NCBI GenBank assembly: GCA_963754315.1
Contig: CAVWFS010000018.1
Span: 320,001-384,000 of the forward strand
DNA length: 64,000 nt
Direction: 5' to 3'
DNA from: an uncultured Candidatus Rokubacteria bacterium
GTDB taxonomy: Bacteria; Methylomirabilota; Methylomirabilia; Rokubacteriales; CSP1-6
Part shown: one piece after another, positions 1 through 10,356 of the stretch
Layout of the letters: each line of letters opens with the position of its first letter
Numbering within the stretch: the first letter of the stretch is position 1
Program-made: the position numbers and the translations under genes
Notes under the pieces: generated by a model
Told to the model about the DNA's origin: nothing
The model's input: only the letters and a program-made list of their open reading frames with translations
Database searches by the model: none

Positions 1-1
1 G

Positions 2-544
2 CCCTCGGCGGCCGTCACCCGCATCACCCTCGGCGCCAGTGCCGTGAGTCCTCGTCCGGCGCCGCGTGAGTTGTGGGAGCCGGCCGGCCCCCCCACGCGC
101 GACCTCGAAGCAGTGCTCGGGCGACTGGTCATGCTGGCGGGACCTCAGAGCATCGGCTCGCCCGTCATGAACGATTCACACCGCCCGGATGCGTTCACGT
201 TGATGCCGTTCGTCCCGCCGGCAGGGGGGCTCCCGCTCGGCACCCTTCCACCACCCGCCGTTCGCCTCGCGCTCCGGCGTCTGCGCCCACCACGCACTAT
301 CGAGGTCGAGCGGGACCCCCTGGGCCGTGGTGAGGGCCAGCGTCCTGCGCGGATCAGGCTGGATGGGCGTGGACCCATCAGCGTTCTCACCTGTGCCGGA
401 CCGTGGCGCCTGTCCGGCGAGTGGTGGGACGCCGACCCTTGGGTCCGCGAGGAATGGGACGTCGAGCTCGCGAACGGTCTCGTCTGCCGGCTTGCCCGCG
501 ATGGGCTTCAGGGTGTCTGGTACCTCGACGGCATCTACGACTGA
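2..544 (+). CDS. imuB: ImuB-like Y-family polymerase accessory protein, C-terminal part (5' truncated by window edge)
   Basis: Frame is open from the window start. C-terminal GPWRLSGEWW...REEWDV...WYLDGIYD resembles ImuB C-termini. Ends 3 nt before dnaE2. Confidence 0.75.
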   Translation, partial: PSAAVTRITLGASAVSPRPAPRELWEPAGPPTRDLEAVLGRLVMLAGPQSIGSPVMNDSHRPDAFTLMPFVPPAGGLPLGTLPPPAVRLALRRLRPPRTIEVERDPLGRGEGQRPARIRLDGRGPISVLTCAGPWRLSGEWWDADPWVREEWDVELANGLVCRLARDGLQGVWYLDGIYD

Positions 545-547
545 GCC

Positions 548-3500
548 ATGTTCGTGGAGCTGCACGCGCAATCAGCCTTTTCGTTCCTCGAGGGGGCCGA
601 GCATCCCGAGGCGCTGGTGGCGGAAGCGGCGCGTTTCGAGATGAGCGTGCTGGCCCTCGTCGACCGCAATGGTCTCTCCGCCGCGCCTCGCTTCTACCAA
701 GCGGCCACGCGGGCGGGGATTCGCCCCCTCATCGGCAGCGAGCTGACCCTCCGTGACGGCTCGCGGCTTCCCCTACTCGTCGAGGACCGTGATGGCTACC
801 GGAACCTGTCACGGTTGATCACCCTGATGAAATTGCGCGCGCCCAAGGGCGAGGGGGCCCTCGACCTCGAAGAGATCGCTCCCTACGCGTCTGGGCTCGT
901 GTGTCTGACGGGGGGAGCGCACGGCCCGCTTGCCCGTTTCCTCGCTGCCGGAGAGCATGGAGCCGCTCACACCGTGCTCGACAAGCTGGCCGGAATCTTC
1001 GGTGCCGGGAACTGTTTCGTGGAGATCCAGCGTCACCGCGATCGTGCCGAGGAACACCGGCTGCAAGGCCTGGTTTGTCTCGCCCGCCACGCGCGCATCC
1101 CGCTCGTCGCAACCAATCAGCCGCTCTACTGCGGCGAGGTGGGCGCCTCGGAGGCAAGAGCGCTCGATCGTGCCGCGTGGTCAGGAGGGCGGGCGCTCGC
1201 CGATGCGTTGACGTGCATTCGCGAGAAGGTCACCCTGGACGCCGCGGGCCGCCTGCTTGCGTCCAATGACGAGCGCCGTCTCAAGCCCGGTGTCGAGATG
1301 GCGCAGCTGTTCGCCGATCTCCCCGAGGCTGTCACCAACACCGGTGAGCTGGCCCTCCGCCTGGCCTTTACGCTGAAGGATGTCGGCTACCGATTCCCCG
1401 ACTACCCATTGCCTCCCGGCCAGGGACCGCTCGAGCACCTCCGGGTCCTGGCTGAGCGCGGGGCAAGGGCGCGCTACGGCCAAGGACCGCTCGCGGCGAA
1501 GGCCAGTCGGCAGATCGCCTACGAGCTCGACATCATCGGGCGCCTTGACCTCGCAGGTTACTTTCTCATCGTCTGGGATCTGGTCGAGTACTGCCGCGCC
1601 CACGACATCCTGGTGCAGGGGCGGGGATCGGCGGCCAACAGCGCCGTGTGCTACGCGCTCGGGATCACCGCCGTCGATCCGGTGGGCATGGGATTGCTCT
1701 TCGAGCGGTTCCTGTCCGAGTCGCGCGGTGAGTGGCCCGACATCGACCTGGACCTGCCGAGCGGGGAGCGCCGCGAGGAGGTCATTCAGTACGTCTATCG
1801 GCGTTACGGCCGTCTGGGCGCCGCCATGACGGCGAATGTCATTACCTACCGCGGGCGCAGCGCCGCGCGCGAGCTGGGCAAAGTGCTCGACCTTCCCGCC
1901 GACCTCCGGGAGCGGCTGGCGCGGCTCGTCCCCATCTGGGGCTATCGTGACCCGGCCGACGTGCTGACGCGGCACCTCGCCGCCGCCGGCTGCGATCCCA
2001 CGCATCCGCGCATCCGGGCGTTCGCCGCCCTCTGGACACGCATCCAGGATCTCCCGCGCCATCTCGGTCAGCATTCCGGCGGGATGGTCATTGCCGCCGG
2101 CCGGCTCGACGATGTCGTGCCATTGGAGCCGGCCACCATGCCGGGCCGGGTGGTCATCCAGTGGGACAAGGAAGACTGTGCCGCCGTCGGCATCATCAAG
2201 GTCGATCTCCTGGGATTGCGGATGATGTCGGTCATCCAGGAGGCGATCGAGATCGTGGGAGCGACGGGGGGCGAGATCGACCTCGCCCACCTCCCGGCCG
2301 ACGATCCCACGGTGTACGCCATGTTGCGGCAGGCCGACACCATTGGGGTCTTCCAGGTGGAGAGCCGCGCCCAGATGGCCACCCTGCCGCGTATCCAGCC
2401 CGAGCGCTTCTACGACTTGGTAGTCCAGGTGGCCATCATCCGCCCTGGCCCCATCGTGGGCGACATGGTGCATCCGTACATCAATCGCCGCCGCGGACGC
2501 GAACCCGTCACCTATCCTCACCCGAGCCTGATCCCCATCCTCGAGCGCACCTTGGGGGTCCCGCTGTTCCAGGAGCAACTCCTGCGCATGGCCATGGCTA
2601 CCGCCGGCTTCACAGGCTCGGAAGCGGAAGAGTTACGCCGTGCCTTCGGCTTCAAGCGCAGCGAGGCGCGCATGAAGGAGGTGGAAGCCAAGCTGCGGGC
2701 GGGCATGGCGCGCCAGGGAATCGCCGGGGATGCCGCTGAGCAGATCGTGCATGCTATTACCGCGTTCGCCCTCTACGGCTTTCCGGAAAGTCATGCGAGC
2801 AGCTTTGCCCTGCTCGCGTACGCCAGTGCGTACCTCAAGGCCCATCACCCGGCTGCCTTCTACGCGGCCCTGCTCAACAACCAGCCGATGGGCTTCTACC
2901 ACCCGGCCACGATCGTGAACGATGCGCGGCGGCACGGACAGCGTATCTTGCCCATCGACGTCACGCGGTCGGATTGGCTCTGCACGGTCGAGGAGGTCGG
3001 GGACGGCGGGTTGGCCGTGCGTCTCGGCCTCCGGTACGTGAAGGGACTGCGCGAAGAGGTGGCCAAGGCACTGGTGGCCGCGCGAGCCACGCGCGCCTTC
3101 GCGTCCGTCATCGAGGTCGCGCAGCGTGTCTGCGCTCGACCGCGCCGAGCGGGAGACGTCTGGCGGCTATCGGCGCCTTCGCCCGCTGCGGGGGACGCGG
3201 CGTCAGAACGTGTGGGCCTTGGCGGAGCCCCCGGCCGGACCTCTCTTCGCGACGATCCAGAGCGAGATCCGCCTGAGGCAGGGAGGGGCACCAGCCCCCA
3301 CCTCTCACTCACCGCTTCCTGAGATGACCGAGATCGAGCGCCTGGAGGCCGACTATGCGGGGACCGGTGTAACCATCGGCCGCCATCCCATGGCCCTGCG
3401 CCGGGCGGAGCTGGTCGGCGAGGGAGTGACCCGCGCCCGCGATCTCGTCCGCGGGCGGTCTGGCCAGCCTATCCGAGTGGCCGGCAGTGTCATCGTGCGC

Positions 3501-3741
3501 CAGCGCCCGGGAACGGCCAAGGGCTTCCTCTTTCTCAGCCTGGAGGACGAGACGGGTATCGCCAACGTGATCGTGACCCCGCAGCACTTCGAGCGCCACC
3601 GGCTGGTGCTGGTCAGCGAGCCCATTCCTCCTGGTGGAAGGCGTGCTCCAGAGGCAGGACGGCGTGGTATCCGTCAAGGCCGGACGCGTGCAGGCGCTCC
3701 CGCCCCTGACCCACAACGTTCCCTCCCACGACTTCGGCTAG
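548..3741 (+). CDS. dnaE2: Error-prone DNA polymerase III alpha subunit DnaE2 (frameshifted near 3128-3183 and ~3626)
   Basis: PHP start ELHAQSAFSFLEGA, plus GRGSAANS, PDIDLD, HLGQHSGG, GVFQVESRAQ and YGFPESHA. OB-fold RQRPGTAKGFLFLSLEDETG lies in a shifted frame. C-terminus ...PSHDFG* ends at TAG 3739-3741, matching the S[RH]DF tail typical of DnaE2. Confidence 0.92.
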
Positions 3742-3763
3742 TCTGCAATGCGAGAATGCCAGC

Positions 3764-4791
3764 GTGGACGCCACTGATCGAGAAGCCCCCGTGACGCGCA
3801 TGCGGATTGCGGCGATCGAAGTGAGTCACTGGCACTCGCTCTACGACTCGGCTTACCTGCGCCACCTCGCCGACATGCCCGACGTGGAGCTGGTCGGCCT
3901 TCAGGATCCCAGCGCCGAGATCGCGCCGCAGCGGGCCGCGGCCCTCGGCAACCCTCCGGTGTTCACCGACTATCGGCGAAATGCTGGCGCGCACTCGGCC
4001 GGACTTTGTCATTGCCCTCGGGCGGCATCGAGGCATGGCGGAGATCGCCCACCACCTGCTCGACGAGCGGCTATCCCTTCCTGATGGAGAAGCCCATGGG
4101 AGTGAGCGCGGCCGAGGTCCGGAGCGTCGCGGAGAAGGCAGCAGCGACCAACGCCTTCGTCGCGGTGCCCCTCGGCCAGCGCTACCAGCCAGTCCGTGGT
4201 GCGCGCTCAGGCAGCTGCTCGCCGAAGGGCGGTTCGGGCCGCTCTCGCACATCTACTTCCGCTTGAATCGGCCCACCTCCGCGCGCTATTCGGCCTGGGA
4301 CGCACCCTGGATGCTCGATCCGAGCCGAGGCCGGTGGGGGCTGTCTTCGGAACCTCGGTCCCCATGGGCTGGATCTGTTCCTGTTCCTCACCGGTGAGGA
4401 CGCCCAGGTCACCGGCGCCCAGCTGAGCTGGCGAGCGCGAGGCCAGCCGGTCGAGGACTATGCCTCGGTCCTGCTGCGCTCGTCGAGCGGTGTCCTGGGA
4501 ACGATCGAGGTCGGTAACACGTTCCCTCGAAATGGCACCGACGGCGGGTGGAAGATCGCTGGTCGCGACGCAATCCTCTCCGCTCACCGACGGCGTGATG
4601 CGTCTGGTCACCGCGGACGGGGAGGAGACGATGCCGGGCGAGCCTGACATGCCGCTGGCGCAGACGGCCCTTCGCGACGCCCTCGACCACTGGCGGCGCG
4701 GTGTCCCCCCCCGATCAGCGTCCACGACTGCGCCCGGGTCGCGACGCTCATCGACCGGGCATACGAGGTGGCGGGCCGCCCGTACGGCTAG
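3764..4791 (+). pseudogene. Gfo/Idh/MocA family oxidoreductase, multiply frameshifted (probably sequencing errors)
   Basis: Fragments across frames join to MRIAAIEVSHWH...VFTDYR...MEKPM...GGGCLRNLGPHGLD...VEDYASV. Stop TAG at 4789-4791. Confidence 0.75.
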
Positions 4792-4847
4792 ACCCCGGTC
4801 GTCGGGGACGGTACAGTGCCTCCGAACCTAGCAGGCGGCACAACTTG

Positions 4848-4876
4848 TTGTTGACACCGAAAGTCTGCTGTAAAGT
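4848..4876 (+). promoter_or_regulatory. Putative sigma70 promoter for the ABC operon
   Basis: TTGTTG(4848)-17 nt-TAAAGT(4871), with an overlapping TTGACA at 4851, in an AT-richer intergenic patch. RBS AGGAGG precedes ATG 4958. Confidence 0.35.
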
Positions 4877-4957
4877 ACCCGCCAATCGTCGCAGTGACCG
4901 CTCGTCCGCTCCGTCCCGTTCGATCAACGTTGGATCTGAGACAGGAGGAAAGACGCT

Positions 4958-6571
4958 ATGCGCTCACGACGCCTCCAGGTAGGCCTCGCCATACTCGCCA
5001 GCACGCTGCTCTCGACCGCGGTAGCCTCAATACCCAGCGATGCGCAGACGCCGAAACGTGGTGGCACCCTGCGCGTCTCCTATGGGAACGAGATTGCCAA
5101 CCTCGATTTCCACACCGCGCCCGGCTACGAAATGATGTGGGTGGCCATGAACGTCGGGTGCGGCCTGGTGAACATCACATCCGACGGAAAGTTCGTGGGT
5201 GACGCCGCCGACTCTTGGCAGGTTTCGTCCGACGGGTTGCTCTACACCTTCAAGCTCCGCCCGAACGTCCTCTTCCACGACGGTACCAAGGTGGACGCCG
5301 CCGCCGTCAAGTTCAGCATCGATCGCCTCATGGACCCCGCGACCAAGTCCGGGATGCGAAGCTTCTACTCAGCGGTCCACAGCGTGGAGGTGCTCGACCC
5401 GCTCTCGGTGCAGATCCGTCTCAAGCATCCCTACGCCTTCATGCTCCACATGCTGGCCGCGTACCGCACCGGCCTCGTCCTCTACTCGCCCGCCGCCACC
5501 CAGAAGTATTCGGTGGAGGATCGCAAGGCGGGCAAGCCCGAGGCGGTGGTCGGTTGCGGACCCTTCAAGCTCGTCGAGTGGGTGAAGGGTAGCCACCTCG
5601 TCATGGACCGGTTCGACAAGTACTTCGTGGCCGGCGTTCCTTACCTCGACCGCGTGCACATCCGCACCATCAAGGATCCGGTAACCGAGATGGCCGCCTT
5701 CAAGGCCGGCGAGGTCGACTTCATCGCCTCGTTCTCGCCCGAGCACGTCGACACCCTGAAGGCGCAGGTACCCAAGGCCCAGATCATGACGGGCAAGGAA
5801 ACGACACCGATGATGGCGACCATGAAGGTCACCATCCCCAAGGACGGCAAGCCTATGGCCAAGGAGCGAGTGCCGCACCCGTTCTTTGGCGACATCCGCG
5901 TGCGCAAAGCGGTTGGCTGCTATGGTATCGACCGGAGCGAGATCGTGAAGATCGCGTTCAAGGGCCAGGCCACTCCATGGGTCGGCATGATCCCGCCCGG
6001 CACGATGGATTCGGTCGACCTCAACCAGATGTGCCCGTACGACCAGACCAAGGCGAAGGCGCTGCTGGCCGAGGCCGGCTATGGGCCCCAGAAGCCGCTG
6101 ACCTTCGAGCTGATGACCAACACCGAGAAGTCGATCTTCAGCATCATCGCTACCGTCATTAAGGAGCAGATGACGCGCATCGGGGTGACCGCGAACATCC
6201 GCCTGGTCGACAAGGTCACCTGGATGAACACGACCCTCCAGGACGCCCCGTGGGACATGTATGTGGAGGACTTGCTGTCCCTGATCACCCTGGACAGCAA
6301 CGCCTATCTGACGACGACACCATCGACGTGGAACACCTCGCGCCACACCGACGCCAAGGTGGACGAATACTACGCTCGCTACGCCAAGGAACTGGATGCA
6401 GGCAAGCGCAAGGCCATTGCCAAGGAGCTGGCGGAATACATGGCCGACAAGGTGTACTGGAACGTCGTCTCGGGCTCGCCGTTCTACATGGTGGCCCAGC
6501 CGTGGATGAAGGGATACGTCTACAACGCCGAGTTCGAAGTGCACTACCACAAGGTGTGGCTGGACAAGTAG
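4958..6571 (+). CDS. ABC transporter substrate-binding protein, family 5 (peptide/nickel type)
   Basis: Signal peptide, PKRGGTL, YTFKLRPNVLFHDG, GCGPFKLVEW, AKALLAEAG. Confidence 0.92.
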   Translation: MRSRRLQVGLAILASTLLSTAVASIPSDAQTPKRGGTLRVSYGNEIANLDFHTAPGYEMMWVAMNVGCGLVNITSDGKFVGDAADSWQVSSDGLLYTFKLRPNVLFHDGTKVDAAAVKFSIDRLMDPATKSGMRSFYSAVHSVEVLDPLSVQIRLKHPYAFMLHMLAAYRTGLVLYSPAATQKYSVEDRKAGKPEAVVGCGPFKLVEWVKGSHLVMDRFDKYFVAGVPYLDRVHIRTIKDPVTEMAAFKAGEVDFIASFSPEHVDTLKAQVPKAQIMTGKETTPMMATMKVTIPKDGKPMAKERVPHPFFGDIRVRKAVGCYGIDRSEIVKIAFKGQATPWVGMIPPGTMDSVDLNQMCPYDQTKAKALLAEAGYGPQKPLTFELMTNTEKSIFSIIATVIKEQMTRIGVTANIRLVDKVTWMNTTLQDAPWDMYVEDLLSLITLDSNAYLTTTPSTWNTSRHTDAKVDEYYARYAKELDAGKRKAIAKELAEYMADKVYWNVVSGSPFYMVAQPWMKGYVYNAEFEVHYHKVWLDK

Positions 6572-6583
6572 TCGGATAGCCGG

Positions 6584-7561
6584 ATGCGGATCTACGTCCT
6601 CCGGCGGCTGCTCGGGATCGTGCCCACCGTCCTCATGATCACCTTGGTGGTGTTCGTGATGATGCGCTCGATCCCGGGCGACCCGGTGGTGGCCCTCCTC
6701 GGCGACGCTTACACCGAAGAGGACGCGGTCAAGGTGCGCGAGGCCTACGGGCTGAACAAACCGATCATGATCCAGTACCTGATTTGGCTGGGCAAGTTGG
6801 TCCAGGGCGACTGGGGCACTTCAATTCTGAGCGGGCGCCCGGTCCTCCAGGACGTCGTGTTCCGCCTCCCGGTGACCCTGGAGCTCATTGTCCTCTCCAT
6901 GGTGGTGGCGCTGGTGATCGCCATTCCGGCGGCGATCATCGGCGCCAAGCGCCAGAACACGTGGGCTGACTACTCGGCCACGTCGATCGCCATGATCGGG
7001 GTATCCATCCCGGAATTCTTCCTGGGCGTGCTGCTCCTGCTGGCCTTCTCGGTGGGGCTGAAGGGGGCCCTGCCCAGTTCGGGCTGGGTCTACCTGCCCG
7101 GCACCTGCACGAGCGTGGTGTGCGCGGCCGGCCTGGTTGGCAACCTCCAGCACGTGCTCATGCCGGCCATCGCGCTCGGCGTGGGTCGGGCGGCCATCCT
7201 GACACGCTTGCTGCGCTCCAACCTGCTGGAGGTCATTCGCACCGAGTACGTCACCACCGCCCGCGCCAAGGGGCTCGGCGAGCGGGACGTCGTCCTCAAG
7301 CATTCGCTCAAGAATGCCCTCATCCCGACCGTCACCGTGATGGGCCTCCAGGTCGGCTTCCTGATCGGCGGCGCCATCGTGGTGGAGACGCTCTTTGCCA
7401 TGCCCGGTCTCGGCACCTACGGGATCGACGCCATCATTTCGCGCGACTACCAGCAGGTGCAGGGCTTCGCGCTGGTAACGGCGTTCGCCTTTGTGGTAAT
7501 CAACCTGCTCGTGGATCTCACATACTCCCTGCTAGACCCTCGGATCCGCTATGGCTCCTGA
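6584..7561 (+). CDS. ABC transporter permease (DppB/OppB-like)
   Basis: PGDP motif, EAA-type loop YVTTARAKGL, RDY, LDPRIRY. Confidence 0.92.
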   Translation: MRIYVLRRLLGIVPTVLMITLVVFVMMRSIPGDPVVALLGDAYTEEDAVKVREAYGLNKPIMIQYLIWLGKLVQGDWGTSILSGRPVLQDVVFRLPVTLELIVLSMVVALVIAIPAAIIGAKRQNTWADYSATSIAMIGVSIPEFFLGVLLLLAFSVGLKGALPSSGWVYLPGTCTSVVCAAGLVGNLQHVLMPAIALGVGRAAILTRLLRSNLLEVIRTEYVTTARAKGLGERDVVLKHSLKNALIPTVTVMGLQVGFLIGGAIVVETLFAMPGLGTYGIDAIISRDYQQVQGFALVTAFAFVVINLLVDLTYSLLDPRIRYGS

Positions 7562-7602
7562 GGGGAGCCTGGCGGGCCATTAACGATGCGGAGACACCGC
7601 TC

Positions 7603-8529
7603 ATGAGCTCGGTGCACGAGATGCAGGTGGGTGCGGTTGGCGAACTGGTCCTCGAGCGTCCCGCCGTCCCGCGCTCGGAGTCCCCGTTCGCGCAAGGGCT
7701 ACGTCGCCTCCGGCGCAGCACGACGGCCTTGGTGGGCCTGGCCATCGCGACGCTCCTCGTGCTGGTGGCCATCTTTGCCGACGTGCTGGCGCCCCAGAGT
7801 CCTATCGCCAGCGACCAGGCCAAGACGTTCCAGCGCCCGAGCTGGGCGTATCCGCTCGGGACCGACCAGCTGGGGCGCGACATGCTGAGCCGCATCATCC
7901 ATGGCACGCGCATCTCCCTGGCGGTCGGCGTAACGTCGGTGCTGCTGGCGCTTCTCGCGGGTGTGCCCCTCGGGCTCATCGCCGGCTACTACGGAGGGCG
8001 CATTGACACGGGGGTGATGCGGGTGATGGACCTCATCCTCGCGTTTCCAATTTATCTGCTGGCGATCATCCTGATGGTCATCTTCACCCCGACGGCCGGA
8101 TTGATCGGGACGATCAAGGTCGTCGGCGCTATCGCCATCGTGCGCATTCCCATCTACGCGCGACTGGTTCGAGGAAGCGTCCTCTCCGTGAAGGAAAAGG
8201 AGTACATCGAGGCGTGCCGGGCGGTCGGCGTGCGCGACCCGTGGATCATCGTTCGCCACGTCTTGCCCAACTGCCTGGCGCCGATCATCGTGACCACCAC
8301 GCTCGGGATCGCGACCTCCATCATCGTGGAGGCCACCTTGTCATTTCTCGGGCTCGGCACTCAGCCGCCCACGCCGAGCTGGGGCTGGGACCTGAAGGCC
8401 AACGTGTCCTTCATCCACGACTATCCGTGGCTGTCGCTCTTCCCGGGCCTGGCCATCTTTGTCACCGTGCTGGGCTTCAACCTGTTCGGCGACGGCCTGC
8501 GCGACGCCCTCGACCCTCGCCTCAAGTAG
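7603..8529 (+). CDS. ABC transporter permease (DppC/OppC-like)
   Basis: LGTDQLGRD, EYIEACRAVG, LSFLGLG, PSWG, GDGLRDALDPR. Start chosen at ATG 7603, not the ORF-track start at 7120. Confidence 0.9.
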   Translation: MSSVHEMQVGAVGELVLERPAVPRSESPFAQGLRRLRRSTTALVGLAIATLLVLVAIFADVLAPQSPIASDQAKTFQRPSWAYPLGTDQLGRDMLSRIIHGTRISLAVGVTSVLLALLAGVPLGLIAGYYGGRIDTGVMRVMDLILAFPIYLLAIILMVIFTPTAGLIGTIKVVGAIAIVRIPIYARLVRGSVLSVKEKEYIEACRAVGVRDPWIIVRHVLPNCLAPIIVTTTLGIATSIIVEATLSFLGLGTQPPTPSWGWDLKANVSFIHDYPWLSLFPGLAIFVTVLGFNLFGDGLRDALDPRLK

Positions 8530-8568
8530 GCTCGGGTCGGGAGTCCGCGCGCGCCGACGCGGACCCCG

Positions 8569-9876
8569 TCAGTACTTGTTGGCGATCGGCAGCTCCTCGG
8601 CCGGGAACAGCGTGATGATCTGAGCACCGGCCGGGGTCACGATCACCTCCTCTTCGATGCGAGCCGCGGAGACACCGTCGGTGGCCGGGCAATAGGTTTC
8701 CACCGCGAACATCATCCCGCGCTCGAGCTCCATGGGGTCGTCGAACGAGTTGAGGCGGCTGATGATGGGCCGCTCGTGCAGCCCGAGGCCGATCCCGTGG
8801 CAGAAGTTCAGTCCGAAGGCCGCCATCTCGCTCTCGAAGCCGATCTCCTGGGCCTTGGGAAAGGCGCGGGCGATCTTGTCGGTGGCGACCCCCGGCTTGA
8901 TGAGGGCGATGGCCTCGTCCATCCACTCCCGCGCCTTCTTGTAGGCCGCCACCTGGGGCCGGGTGGCGCGGCCCACGCTGAACGTGCGGTAGTAACAGGT
9001 TCGGTAACCGACGTACGACATGATGATGTCGAAGAAGGCCTGATCGCCAGGCCGGATGAGACGATCGGTGAAGTTGTGGGGGTGCGGGCTGCACCGCTCA
9101 CCGGAAATGGCGTTGATGGCCTCCACGCAATCCGAGCCCATCTCGTAGAGGCGCTTGGTGGCCAGCGCGACGATCTCGTTTTCGCGTGCGCCTGGCTTCA
9201 ACGCCTCGAAGATGTCCTGGTAGACTCCGTCCACCATGGCCGCCGCCATGTTGAGCAAGGTTAGCTCGTCGTGGCTCTTGATCATGCGTGCCTCGAGCAT
9301 CACCTGTTGACCGTCCTGGATCTCGAGGCCGGCCTCCTGCAACGCGAAGAGAAACGGAGGTTCTACCAGGTCGATGCCGAGGGGCTGACCAACCACGCCT
9401 TCCGCACGCAGGATGTCGCGGATCTCCTGGGCCGCGCGACGGAAAAGGCCAGCCTTGGGGGAGACGGCGCCCCGCATCCCCACCATGCCTGCCAGCGACT
9501 GCTTCTCGGGAATCCAGGGCGCGTAAAGGCGGTGGTGACGGGCCGCCGATCCGAAGTCCCAGACCCAGGGTTCGCCGTTGCCGGTGAGAAGACACCACCG
9601 GGTGAGCTTGTCGCGCGCCCACTCGCCGATGACAGTGCCGGAGAGATAGCGGATGTTGTACTGGTCGAAGACGAGTACGGCACCGAGCCCCGAGCGGGCC
9701 AGGGCCTGACGGGCTCGCCCCAGCCGATACGCGTGTAGGCGGCGGAAGTCCACGCGCTCCTCGAAATCCACTTGCGTGTGACCCGGTGCCTGGAGCGGTC
9801 GGTCCCAGCGATGACGCGGGTCCACATCATCGGGCGTGACGGGCATGGGCGTCGGTGCCGCATTCCTTCGAGCCAT
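8569..9876 (-). CDS. M24 family (Xaa-Pro aminopeptidase-like) metallopeptidase
   Basis: RMIKSHDE, HGIGLGLHERP, AVET, ARIEEEV. ATG at 9876 is preceded by GGGGAGG. The ORF-track extension to 10968 runs through repeats and antisense SDR sequence. Confidence 0.88.
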   Translation of the reverse strand: MARRNAAPTPMPVTPDDVDPRHRWDRPLQAPGHTQVDFEERVDFRRLHAYRLGRARQALARSGLGAVLVFDQYNIRYLSGTVIGEWARDKLTRWCLLTGNGEPWVWDFGSAARHHRLYAPWIPEKQSLAGMVGMRGAVSPKAGLFRRAAQEIRDILRAEGVVGQPLGIDLVEPPFLFALQEAGLEIQDGQQVMLEARMIKSHDELTLLNMAAAMVDGVYQDIFEALKPGARENEIVALATKRLYEMGSDCVEAINAISGERCSPHPHNFTDRLIRPGDQAFFDIIMSYVGYRTCYYRTFSVGRATRPQVAAYKKAREWMDEAIALIKPGVATDKIARAFPKAQEIGFESEMAAFGLNFCHGIGLGLHERPIISRLNSFDDPMELERGMMFAVETYCPATDGVSAARIEEEVIVTPAGAQIITLFPAEELPIANKY

Positions 9877-10168
9877 CCGTGCCTCCCCGTGAGCCTTGTC
9901 GACGGCTACTCTACTCCAGGAGCACGCTGCCAGCCCCGCCCCGCGGTTCGCCTCGGCGCGCCCACCGCGCCGCCCCGAATCGCGGCCCGGATCAGCCCCC
10001 CATCTCCCACACCGACCGCACTCCGCGTACACTACCCGACAGTCTGGAGCTCCGGAGTCCGAGGGTGCCTGACGCTGTAAGACCTCGACGAGCCACGTGA
10101 GGTCGGGGCACCCCAAGCAGCAGAGCCCGGCGTGCGAGGCCGGAGACTTCGAGAAGCCGCGTGAAGCC

Positions 10169-10341
10169 GGGGCACCCAAACCAAGCGTACGATCGAGGGG
10201 GGCCCGGGGTCCCCCGAGCGCGGGGGGTTTGGGGGCCCCTTCGAGGGCCCCCATGATAATAGGACCGAGGGGGCGGCGCGGGTTTCCCGGGCCGTCCCCG
10301 AGCGCGGGGGGTTTGGGGGCCCCTTCGAGGGCCCCCATGAT
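10169..10341. repeat. REP/BIME-like palindromic repeat mosaic
   Basis: Two identical 46-bp copies of CCCCGAGCGCGGGGGGTTTGGGGGCCCCTTCGAGGGCCCCCATGAT (10212-10257 and 10296-10341), each with a GGGGGCCC/GGGCCCCC hairpin. An inverted partial copy GGGGCACCCAAACC lies at 10169-10182. Confidence 0.85.
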
Positions 10342-10356
10342 CAACAGGAGGCAAGC

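Noticed and set aside
10090..10122. Resemblance to SRP RNA helix 8 (GAGCCACGTGAGGTC...AAGCAGC)
   Set aside because: It lacks the GNRA tetraloop and a long enclosing helix. The central GGGGCACCCCAA is better explained as a degenerate copy of the local repeat.
10212..10341. Possible CRISPR array (palindromic 46-bp repeats with a 38-bp spacer)
   Set aside because: There are only two units and no cas genes or AT-rich leader. The spacer is itself a GC hairpin, and related copies are dispersed and inverted.
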